A stretch of DNA of 64,000 nucleotides from Octopus sinensis (Eukaryota): the NCBI RefSeq assembly GCF_006345805.1, contig NC_043003.1, positions 92,256,001 through 92,320,000 of the forward strand, written 5' to 3'. This document shows, piece by piece, positions 9,721 through 21,799 of the stretch (the stretch's first letter is position 1; the number at the start of each line of letters is the position of its first letter). A model generated the notes under the pieces. That model saw only the letters and a program-made list of their open reading frames with translations, had not been told where the DNA came from and made no database searches. The position numbers were made by a program, and so were the translations under genes.

Positions 9721-11719
9721 TTCTATGACACGTTTCACTAAAACAGATAAATTCATGAGCATATCTTTTTGAATGTTCTTTATTATTATTCATATTTTGC
9801 ATGTACATTTTTTCGTTCACTTTGAAAATGTTTGTATTGTTGCATATACACACGTCTGCACCTTTCCTCAACGCCTGGCCTTGCGCACGATCTGCACACA
9901 TGATTCATACACACACAAATGCTATATCTGTCACAATGAAGCACCACACATGCCTGTCTCACTTGTTTTCTATGCTCAATGCACCCTTGTACACACAACT
10001 CATCTCCGTAAGACCCTAGGTCGGTCACATATACATAGAAGAACTTGTTTGTCCCTTACAATGCGCCAGCATAAAACACTTTTGTTCCTGCACGGTCGAG
10101 GCATATAATACCTCATGCACCAGCTGGCAGCCTCAGTCTTACTGCATTAATCACTAGCATATTCAATACTGTACACTGTATTTGTAATCAATACACTAGT
10201 CTCGCCTTGCAAGCCCTATTGCACATATGTACATGCAACTCTATCATGCATCTACTACCTTATTTTGCAACACGTCTGCATCAGCTCAATTCTTCTCCCG
10301 ACTCGAAGTAAGTCGGATGATCACATACTCTGCGCTCATGTTAAGACATAATTTCCCCCTCTTAGTCACATAATTAACAGAAAAAATGACATGTCTCACG
10401 CATCACTCCAGCATGCTAACACTGTCGTCCTTGCTAACTCAGCACGACAACTAATTCAGCACCAGACGCATTTTTCTACTGAAAAACATTCCAATGCATT
10501 TACCATGCATTTCTTTCTCTCCTTCAATCGTTCGTTTCCTTTCCAGGAACTTCAATGGCGAGAAGAGTGATGTAGTGGATCTCGCAAGCATGAAGTGGAT
10601 TCGATCCACCATAGCCAAATTTAAATTAACACTGCAACAGAACTTTTCCCACGGTGGAACAATGGTCTTTCTCTGACAGCAGTTTTACATTTTCCAGATG
10701 CCTTTAAGCTAGGTCGAAATAATGTCCTCATCACTTGACCCTTTCTAACCTCTTCTACTTTACCAAAAGCTAGAATAGAGATAACAAGACCACCAACTGA
10801 ATCTATTGTTTTCAATTATATATCTATCCTTCTGAATAGTTATATAAGCATGCACTCCCCAAGCAAAAATCAGTTAGTCACAGTCGGTGACGACTCAACC
10901 AAGTAGTCACAACGTGAGGACGAAGTATGGCTGACCAGCTAGAACTTTGGTCAGAGGGAGAAATGAAGTTTACTGTCAGTTACTGTGAGACAACACCCTA
11001 CAATTCTCTCTAGCTCTAATTCGGTTCTCTTACAACATCATTCTATCGCTATCTGCGGATTACTACCAACAATTTGTGTACGCCAAACCATAAAAAAAAA
11101 ATTCTACCACATCTAACTTTCTTTCGCATGCTCTCGGATGTTATAACCTGCCCGTCGAAGAATGGTCTTTTTCAACGTAACGGTAAATAAATATTTCTTT
11201 AAAACTTCATGCATTGTTCATCTTTCACATCCTACAGTAAGCACGTTATAACAACTTTTTATCGTCACAACTGCTGACTTCGACATTTCATAATATTGTT
11301 TACTAATCTATTTCTCCTGCTACTATTGGTGACCCTCGACTTCAACTAAAAGCTTTACCCGTTTCATATATATAATTATGTGCATGTGTGCGTGTATGTA
11401 TATATAATTCAATTGAAAGTAAGAGTTGTTTCACTTTCTGGAAAGTAGAAAACTGTTATTTCATTTTCAGTTTCTTGAGAATAAAAATATTATTTCTGAA
11501 TTCAACTAAACAAATATTGAAACAAAATATATTCATACACTTCAAATATCTCAGTTACCGAATAAAACAAAACTTACCCTATTTTTGGTAATAGGTCACT
11601 GTAGAAAATATCAAAACAAAAGGTCGAGTGGAGACACATTGTGTAGTTTATAAATATGGCAATTTAAAGTATCGTAAAGCATGAAGGTATTAGTAGCTTG
11701 TTTGTAGTGATGTATTAGA

Positions 11720-11755
<36 letters not shown>

Positions 11756-12130
11756 TTGAAACACTCCCGTCACAACCTGGGACATTGAAGACTGCTATAA
11801 TGCAAGAAAGTATACTAGTCCCTTAATATTTTATATTCATCTATTTCAATAAGACAATCAATACTTCATTTCATTTTACTATATATATATTATTTATACT
11901 ATGTATTCTATATTCAACATTAATATTATAAAGAATATAAGTAAAACATAAAAAAACAGAGTTGGAATTTCTTTGAATAATATATATATATATATACATA
12001 ACGAGAAGCTTTATGAAAATAGACAAAAGACGAAGGCAGGTTTACGGAAATAAACAAAAGACGAAGGCAGGTGGAATACAAACAAACAATTGTATTAGTA
12101 TGGCGCTCAGGAAATATAAATGAAACAAGT

Positions 12131-12166
12131 CTTTAACGTTTCGAGCCTACGCTCTTCAACAGAAAG
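12131..12166 (-). ncRNA. Minimal type I hammerhead-like motif (A6U core variant) in a Penelope-associated repeat
   Basis: Minus strand: CUUU-CUGUUGA-A-GAGC-GUAG-GCUC-GAA-ACGU-U-AAAG. Stems I and II pair; palindromic ACGU stem III. Confidence 0.55.
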
Positions 12167-12360
12167 ATACACAGAGAAAAAATACAGAAAGAAGGAGAGA
12201 AAAAAATATGCGTGCAAAAGCTAGCGAATCAACATACTTATATATATATAAATTATATATATATAAATTATTATTACTAATATTGTTGTTATACATAAAT
12301 ACATAGATAGATACAAGCATACGTAATAATAATAAAGATAATGATAATAATATAATAATA

Positions 12361-12408
<48 letters not shown>

Positions 12409-12826
12409 GTGGGTGTAAACACATGAACAAAATAAAAATAAACAAAAACAAAAACAAATTACCCGAACGTATATAAACGGAAGATACAAATATTACAGGC
12501 ATTTCCCCCCACACACACACTAACTAAACATAGACGCACATAGAGATATACGCATGCGCAAATGAAGACACATACAATAGAAATACAAAATGGCTGACAC
12601 ACAAATAAGAAAGAAGAAAGCAAAGGACCATTGATGCGGTCACAGGAGTGTGACGAAAGAACTCTGGCCGAAATAAGATTAAGATTAATGTAAAAAATAA
12701 ATAACACTGAAGCAAAGTAACACCAAATATATAGCACGTGTGTTTTTATTGGCTAAACTGGCAAAATGACCATTCCGAAATACAACAATATCTGTTTCAA
12801 CACACGATTTCACATAAAAATCTTGC

Positions 12827-12910
<84 letters not shown>

Positions 12911-13581
12911 TCATTCTTCATTCTTTCTGGTTTCCTCACAACCATTTCCTTTTTTCTCTCCCTTTCTCTTGCTCCTCCTCCTCCCTCCCGTCGTTGACCC
13001 GCGACGAGAGCTCTGCTACTGTCTTTCTGGCCTGACTTCCTTAAAGTGTGGACGGCATTTTCTGTTGCTCCTTCGCCGTTCTCAAAAATAGCGTTCATAA
13101 TAGCCCTTAACAGCCTTGTCTTGTTATTCTCCTAGTCCTGTCTTTTACTGTTTATATTTTGTACTGTCGTTTCTGTCCTGTTTTTGTTACCATTTTTACC
13201 CCACCGCAAAAAGATCTCAAATTTTATTTAATTTGCTTTTCGCGGGAAGGAAGGTTTCTATCGAAGATGCGTATCGCCTTCACCTTCGAAACGTAGAGTA
13301 GATGAAACCATGGCGACTGAAGAAGAAGACTGATATTTTTCCTGTAATCTATATTTTGTTGTTTAAGAAAAATGTCCAGTTCCTTGGTTTTGTCTTTATG
13401 TTTTCGTTTCTCCTTGTGTTCGACGTTTTTTTGTGTCCCGTACCTATATATGCGTGTATATATACATGTAGAGGTAGGTACGTACATATATGTATGTATA
13501 TATGCATATGTTTTATTTATTAATTTATGATATATATATAATATATATATAATATATAATATATACATATATTAATACATA

Positions 13582-13657
<76 letters not shown>

Positions 13658-13658
<1 letters not shown>

Positions 13659-14171
13659 TAGCAGTATCGCCCGGCGTTGCTCGGGTTTGTAAGGGAAATA
13701 ACTATATAGCATTTTTAGAGAGTTACTTCCCTTATAGATGCCAATTCGGGCTTTCTTAGCCATTTCTGTTTTGGTGTCTTCAAGCCATGAAGTCGTTGTT
13801 CTAAAAGAACGCTGGTCTCCTTGACAACGCTTTACGACGTTGATTTCCTTACACTCCCTTCCCCATAGCTTCACGAGGGAGGGAAGAAGTGGGAGAAGCA
13901 AACAGGTGCAGGTGTGACCATGGACGCCAACTCCGCCGCCATCGACACACGAAAAATTATGCATTAAAATGGAATTAAAAAATGATGTTAAATTATTTTT
14001 AAAATCGTAGACTCATCGTAGACGCGCGCTAATACCCAGAAGGGCTCGATATGGATCACGACTATAAGATACCCGAATTGGTTAAACTGCACCGCAAAAT
14101 GTGGGGAGAGTAGTTAGGAATCTAAATCGAAGGGGACAGACACTCACACAACTACAGTTTATATATATAGA
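13658..14171 (-). mobile_element. Non-autonomous Helitron
   Basis: Minus strand begins TC and ends CTAG with a subterminal hairpin cccgagcaacgccggg. Homologous to 40077-40473. Confidence 0.82.
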
Positions 14172-14191
14172 ATATATACACATATATATAC

Positions 14192-14222
<31 letters not shown>

Positions 14223-14244
14223 GATATATATATATAGATATATA

Positions 14245-14275
<31 letters not shown>

Positions 14276-15012
14276 CATATATATATACATATATATATAG
14301 ATATATATATACATATTTATAATATATACAATATGATATATAACACATTATTACACACAACACACATACACACACACAGACACACACACACACACAACAT
14401 ACACACCACACACCACACACACACACACACACAACACACACACACACACACATTATATATATATTATATATATATATATATCTTATACATATAATCTGCT
14501 TAAGAAATATATTAATTTTAAAAATTATTTCATAAAATTGCTCTTGCCCATTCTGAATCTCTGATATTAAAAACAAAAACAAAAAGATAAAATATAAAAT
14601 GCGTAAAATAGTTTTTTTCTTTCGAAAAATATATAAAGGAAACGTAATATGAATGCTATTTACAAACGCCTATCTGATCTTAATCTATTTTGAAATATCT
14701 TGTAAAATTCTTGAAATGTCCGTAACACCTACCGTAAATTTTACAAACAAAGCACCAGTGCCATTGTGAACACTGCCAACACCACTACCACCATTTATCC
14801 CCAGTCACACCTCAACCATAAGCGTCACAAACAAGTCAGAAACAGCACCAAACGTCTAGCAACAACGACACCACCTTGTAGGTACTTAGAGGAGCGTTTT
14901 AAAAATAGAGCCCTTACATAAACTTACTGGATCTGCCAGATATTCCAAACAAATCATTCTTGAATAAAATCCTGCTGTTTTGGTAATTGAAATGACGTAT
15001 TACATTATATAT

Positions 15013-15323
15013 ATCACCGTGATCACCGTGACCGACCAGGCTATCAGATGTTGCTACACATCGCTGGTCACAATGCGCTTCGCATTGTTTTAGCCTTCAA
15101 ATGACGCCACCCCGCTGGCTAAGCGAGCAGGCCAACAGAAGAAAGAGTGAGAGAAAGTTGTGGCGAAAGAGTACAGCAGGGTTCGCCACCACCCCCTGCC
15201 GGAGCCTCGTGGAGCTTTAAGGTGTTTTCGCTCAATAAACACACACAACGCCCGGTCTGGGAATCGAAACCGCGATCCTACGACTGCGAGTCCGCTGCCC
15301 TTAACCACTGGGCCATTGCGTCT

Positions 15324-15326
<3 letters not shown>
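15013..15326 (-). mobile_element. tRNA-derived SINE family C, subtype 2, with an RTE-derived 3' tail
   Basis: Intact tRNA-like head on the minus strand (ggcccagtggtt...ggtttcgattccc). Tail 15033-15081 matches the 3' end of the RTE LINE at 28505-28553. Confidence 0.85.
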
Positions 15327-15395
<69 letters not shown>

Positions 15396-16209
15396 GTATA
15401 TATAATGAGAGAGAGGGAGAAAGAAGACAGAGAGAGCTATCACGAGATCTTAGGATCAATCCCACTGCATGGTATTTTTCTAACACTCTGTACAATACTA
15501 GTTCTTCCTGAGAATAACATTGAGGCTTTACGAATCCATGAAACGCTCACCCGCTTACATGTTAATTTGGGAGTAGGTCATTCAGTTTATCGAACAACCA
15601 AATTGAGTTTAGAACAGGCAGTGGGATAACAGCAACAACAACAACAACAACAACTACAACAATCCCTGATACAGTACCAGGCACTAGCTCTCATGGCTTC
15701 TGATCTTAACTGATTGAAAGTGTTATCATGTACATTGTTTTGACTTAGTATAAATGATGGGCTACAGCAAATATTCTGCTCAATACCAGAGATTTGCTTC
15801 TCAGTTGTTTGACCTTAACCAGTTGAGCATGCCCCTTAGTGGCTGACACTATGTGCATCTCTGATCACGAGCAGAATTAGTGGGGGAGCATCATAGCCAT
15901 GTGTTGAAAGGAATTCTTGGAGGTTTGGATAATTCACCTTTGGAAACATGGGTGGTTCGTTCAACATCCTTAAACAATCCTTATTCAGGGATCTTTTGAG
16001 CGTGATGGGCTACTCGACCTGAAAAAATTGTAACTGGGCCCCTCCTGCAAAGTCATGCGCTGTTAATCTTGATATGAAATCACTATGTTGTGATTGGTTG
16101 TGATGCATGTGCCTGGTGTACTCTTATCAGACGGGTAGTCATGATGGGTATACTGGGCTTCGTATATTTGACCCCTGTGTCACTTTGATGGCATGTGCTC
16201 TCTCACTCA

Positions 16210-16215
16210 ATGATA

Positions 16216-16313
<98 letters not shown>

Positions 16314-16320
16314 AACAATA
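16210..16320. repeat. (GAT)n microsatellite
   Basis: Directly visible. Confidence 0.95.
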
Positions 16321-16329
16321 ATAATTGAA

Positions 16330-16677
16330 TCGATGGAATAAAATCCAAGCAGTTAAATACTTAGGCGATAGCATCACTTCGATATGGAGCGGGAATGGCA
16401 AAAGAGAAGTGATGAAAATGGATACCAAGACCAAGAAAATGTTGACAGTACACGGAACCTTCCACCCTAAGAGTGACACCGATAGGCTGTACTTTCCCAG
16501 GAGAAAGGGTAAGAGAGATTTGATCAGTTGCCAAGACTGTATCGAAACAGAGGAAAATAGCTTAGGGTGGTATATGAAAAATGCCGTGGAGCCATTGTTG
16601 AAACATACGAAGAAGGCCGGCGTCATCAAAATTGAAAACGGTGTAATGAAAGAAAATTTTTTTAAAGAAATGAACAC

Positions 16678-16712
<35 letters not shown>

Positions 16713-16800
16713 CACCACACACACACACACACAAAAGAAAATGCATAGAAGGAAAAAAATGTACGGTCAGTTTGCAAGAGATGTGAACGCCAAGACAGAT
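16330..16800 (+). mobile_element. Non-LTR retrotransposon relic, R4/Dong-like RT C-terminal region
   Basis: KTKKMLTVHGTFHPKSDTDRLYFPRRKGKRDLISCQDCIETEENSLGWY resembles the HPKS..RLYLPR..GGRGL motif of R4-clade elements. Confidence 0.7.
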
Positions 16801-16809
16801 AGAGAGGAG

Positions 16810-17440
16810 CGGTGGAAAAAACGCTACTGAAACTTATGAAATGCTCCAGACTGCTTATGGAATAACTTTTTCGCTCGCATAAGAGTTTCAAGGAAGGCAG
16901 AGATGAGGTGAGAGACGATGAAAGGCATAGGAGGGAGAAGGACTTCAGAACATCTGAGCTGGTCGAGAAAAATTTCAATCTTCTGAATGACGACCACCGT
17001 GTGTCTTTTAAAGACAACAAGCATACAGTTTAGAGTTGATGTAGCAACTGTACATAGAATTATGCACGAAAATCTGAACACATGCAAAATTTGAGTAAAG
17101 TCTGTTCTGAAGATGCTCAGCGACGAGCATTCTGGTAACCAACTACTTGACAGAGATGGACATCAAAACTGTCACTCATCCTCTCTACAGTCCAGACCTT
17201 GTCCCCTGTGGCTTTTGGTTGTTCCCCAAGCTGAAGGAGAACCTCAGAGACAGTTGTTTTGAAGATGAACGAGGTAGTAGACATCGTCACTTTGGTGGAC
17301 TTCCATGGGGCTTTCACGAAATGGGTAGAGCATCAAAACAAGTGCATTGAAGTTAGAGGATCCTACTTCGAAGGAAATCGAAGTTTTGTACTTGTTTGAA
17401 ATAAATGTCTCTTGAAAAAGTCTGATAAATCCGGAAATGT
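16810..17440 (+). mobile_element. Internally deleted mariner element
   Basis: KNATETYEMLQTAYG HTH region and HPLYSPDLVPCGFWLFPKLK. Same family as 27030-27662. Confidence 0.8.
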
Positions 17441-17492
17441 ATCTTGTTTGTATGCATATAGGTATACACACACATACACTCGCACGCACGCA

Positions 17493-17558
<66 letters not shown>

Positions 17559-17584
17559 AAAACCCCACCATTTATTGATTTGTA

Positions 17585-17617
<33 letters not shown>

Positions 17618-17618
17618 T

Positions 17619-17662
<44 letters not shown>

Positions 17663-17727
17663 ATATATATATATATATATATATTGCATATATATATATA
17701 ACACACATTTGTATATATATGTATATG

Positions 17728-17774
<47 letters not shown>

Positions 17775-17787
17775 TTATGTATATAAC

Positions 17788-18166
17788 TTCTTTTATTCTT
17801 TTACTTGTTTCAGTCATTTGACAGTGGCCATGCTGGAACATTGCCTTTAGTCGAAGAAATCGACCCCAGGACTTATTCCTTGTTAGCCTAGTACTTATTC
17901 TATTGGTTTCTTTTACCGAACCGCTAATTCGCCGGGACGTAACCACACCAACATCGGTTGTCAAGTGATGTTGGGAGGACAAGCACACACACACACACAC
18001 ACACACACATGCGACAGGCTTCTTTCGATTTCCGTCTACCAAATCCACTCACAAAGCTTTGGACGGTCCGAGAGTATAGTAGAAGACACTTGTCCGTGAT
18101 GTCACGCAGTGAGAGTGAACCCGGTACCATGAGGTTGGAAAGCAAGCTTCTTATCACATAGCCCTG
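17788..18166 (-). mobile_element. tRNA-derived SINE family B (CORE-like central block)
   Basis: Minus-strand tRNA-like head at ~18100-18166 and caagtgtcttctactata block. Homologous copies at 37812-38070, 47403-47690, 7895-8030 and 29905-29980. Confidence 0.8.
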
Positions 18167-18178
18167 CCTATATATGTA

Positions 18179-18252
<74 letters not shown>

Positions 18253-18541
18253 TACAGACATACGCACATATATATATACACACATGTATGTATGTGTGTG
18301 CGTGTGTGTGTGTATACTCATTTATGACTGTCAGTTACTTGACATTTCACGAATATCTTTAAGCTATTGGCAAATTTCTCGGAAAAGGCGTTGACTGAGA
18401 AGCTTTTTGTAATAGTCGCTTTACACATAACAAGTTTTTATTTCTAGAATGAAGGTCTATAATTGTGGTATTTCTCTTCACACTGGTGCAGACACACATA
18501 TATAAGTATATGCATGAATATGTATATATATTGAGCAGAGA

Positions 18542-18596
<55 letters not shown>

Positions 18597-20529
18597 CGGA
18601 GGGAGAGAGAGAGGAAGAGAGAGAGGAAGAAAGAGAGGGAGAGAGAGAAATGGACAAATAAATAAATGGAGAAACTTGATATAATCTTTAGCTCTAACAA
18701 GTTTGCTAATAAAATTCTTGCGGCAGTTCGTGTCACCACATTCTTGGTAGGTCCGGTATATTTTCGTTCCGTCAGCTACCAGCAAAATAACATGAAAGCT
18801 AATGACGTTACCTTCACCACAATTACCACCTCCACCGCCACTGCCGCCGCCGCCATCATCATCGACCTCACTAGCATAACCAGTACACAAACCATTAACC
18901 AACACCACCAACGTCAGCTATACAAAAAGTACTATTAATATCACCGTCATCACCACCAGCGCCGACACCACATTTTATACATAAATATCTAACACCTTTA
19001 TACAATAGTATTCAACTATTTTGACTTCGTTGTGTGGTCATGAAGAATGGGAGGAAAAGCAGTGAACTAAATTGATTGAAAAGACCTTTTCTGATGCCAA
19101 TTGTTCGCAGGGGAAGAATTAAAATTCATTGGTTGATTTAGTGAATTAGGGGCGATTCTTGAGACAGCTTTGTTGACTGGCTATATTGATGTTGATTGAG
19201 ACAATGAAATTGAAATTATTGCAATAGAAATAATTTCCAGGAAATCTCTGGTTGTACTTGAAATAGTGTCGTGAATTGGCATCAGCAGTCGATCAACTGG
19301 AATCATTAGGATTAATCGATTTTGGTTGAAAAAAAGAAAAACGTTTGTCGTAGAGGAAATCGTAAAGCTGTATAATCGACAAATTTATCAAGATGATATT
19401 TCTCTTCATTGATAAAATAATCCCCTCTATTTCACAAATTGTTGATCCCTCGGACGCAAAATTCTTTAGGTTTTAAAGCAAAGAAACGTACATTATCATT
19501 TTGTTAATTATTACTGATTTTTACTGATAATATGCTTACGTAAATCCCACTGTCCCTTGCCTTTGTATCGTTCTAAATGTTTCTTGCAGGCCCTATGGTC
19601 AATATGAAAATAATTATTATTATCATTATTGTTATTATTATTACTATTATTATTACTGTTGTTGTTGTTGTTGTTGAAAATAGGTGTTGTCGTAGGGCAC
19701 AAATGATGTAATGTAACCGAAATGAATTATCTTAAGTAACCGATATGAATGATCTTAACACACGAGGCAAAAAGGAAACAACACGTTGTATAACGATATC
19801 CTAAATATATTTAAAAAAAAACAAATAAACAAAATGATTAAGAAGAGAACATCTTTGAACGAATGATCACGGATAGAACGTCTTAAGATCATACGTTTTC
19901 TCAGTCGAGGCGAACTCTTCCTAAAGAGCAAAAGTAATTATCTCCATACGTAAAAATAATTACGCAGTTACGTATAAGCCTAACTAATCCTAAACAGTGA
20001 TTATATTTTCCAAGATGGCGCCAGCTTCCTTATCAAAGCCTTCCAAAAGCAGTTGGTAGTTTTGTTTGTGCAGTTCAGTTAATTGTCATGGTATCCATCT
20101 AGTAGAAACTTAACTAAAGCCTAGCCAGTTGTGAATGGATCCACAGACAGCAGCATGCCAAGTTTGCATATTATTTATCTATCAAGTCAACAGATCATTG
20201 TTACAGATTCGTTCACTGTTGTCATCAGTACAGGGCGTATCCAGGTATTCGGTTCCGTTTTGATACGCGTCGTTTGTGCAACCATTTCTGAATATTTTAA
20301 AATAAATTCATGAACTGTTGGTAGCATTAAAAATACAGTTCTTACATTGTGGTCCAAACATTCAATGAATTTCAGCCGCTGGTTGACCTTTAGCGTACAG
20401 AATACGAATCACTAAACATCGTTCTTTAGAGCAAACAGAAAGCGAGGCGACAACGGTTAGTATGTCAACGATTTAATTAGGGTATCAAGTTCAAATCTGT
20501 ACTGTGGCGATGATCTGGAAAAAAAAAAT

Positions 20530-20705
20530 CATACTTAGCCGCATTTTGTCCGTCTTTACGTTCTGAGTTCAAATTCCACCTAGGTCGATTTTGCCTTTCA
20601 TCTTTCAGGTTCGATAAAATAAGTACCAGATGAGCACTGGGGTTGATGCAACAGACTTATCCTCTCCCCCAAAATTGCTGGACTTCTGTAAAATTTTGAA
20701 ACCAA
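20530..20705 (+). mobile_element. SINE family A
   Basis: ttacgttctgagttcaaattcc...gtcgattttgcctttcatc core. Confidence 0.8.
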
Positions 20706-20877
20706 TATCATCTAAAACTTCTCTTTGGGTATCGGATACCGATGCTGTCATAGAGTAGGACTTCTCCTTTTACTGGATATCACAAACATACATATAACTT
20801 TGTACAAGGCTATATATCAGATTACAGATTATGCTAGATGTTAGATTCAATAAAATCTAATCCATATATATATAACT

Positions 20878-20953
<76 letters not shown>

Positions 20954-21799
20954 GTGCGTGCGTGCGCGTGTAAACCTGCATAACTTCTCAAGTTCGCAAA
21001 TGGGAGCATACATTACTTATGTTCCAGAAATGGTTTTAGATTCTTAAAAATATTTTCACATAATGAGTAAGGGAAGTAACTCTTTGTGAAGTAAATTTCA
21101 GAAATTGATTGTTTCCCCTTACATCCAGCGCGATTCGTCCACTTCGGCGTGTTATTAGGTAAAACTTCTATTGAACATTTTTCGTCTTTTTAAAATATTG
21201 ATATTAATTAATACTTTTTATTGACATTTAATTATTATCATAGCAGCGTCATGTCAGTTCATTGCATGTATTTCTTAAAGTTTACAACGTTATTGATATT
21301 ATTTACCTTTTTTATTGACATTTCATTATTAACGTACAGTTGTCATCTTAGTTTACGTCATATTTCTTGGCATAATGTTTCCAAAGAAGAGATCCTCCAT
21401 TGATTGAAAAGCGGCGGTAGCAGAGAAATTGACCAGAAGGAGCGCAAATGAATCGTCACATGATACTTTAATTAGACAACCACAAAATGCTGCATGAACA
21501 GCTTCTGCATGAGCAATGGAAAGCGATGAGCAACGTAGTATTCGCCTGGCCAGGAATGCTGCATTAATATGCTGAGATTGTTGTTGTTGCTGTTTCATCC
21601 ACTTGAGTTTATTGTTGAAGTGATTGTTACAGGCATGGTTACCAACATCAACAACAACAAATATACCTCTGGAATATACGGTGCAGTACAGCTAGATACA
21701 GATGAAATGCATGCTTTACAGTTACCACAAAAATTCGCCCCATATAAAAAGATAAAAAAAATTGATTGTCTGTCTGAAATTGAAAAAACGTTCTTAAAG

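Larger units (their letters stand above)
8031..11366 (+). mobile_element. Non-autonomous LTR element (about 795-bp LTRs, 1.65-kb non-coding interior), probably CsRn1-related
   Basis: Direct repeats 8134-8925 and 10571-11366 (TG start at 10571, CA ends, roughly 95-97% identical by eye). tRNA-Trp-like PBS TGGTGACCC at 8928; purine tract ggcgagaagagtga before 10571; no pol ORF; TSD not resolvable. Confidence 0.8.

Noticed and set aside
15665-16207. Probable interspersed repeat
   Set aside because: Looks familiar from recall, but there is no second copy or diagnostic motif in this window to support a call.
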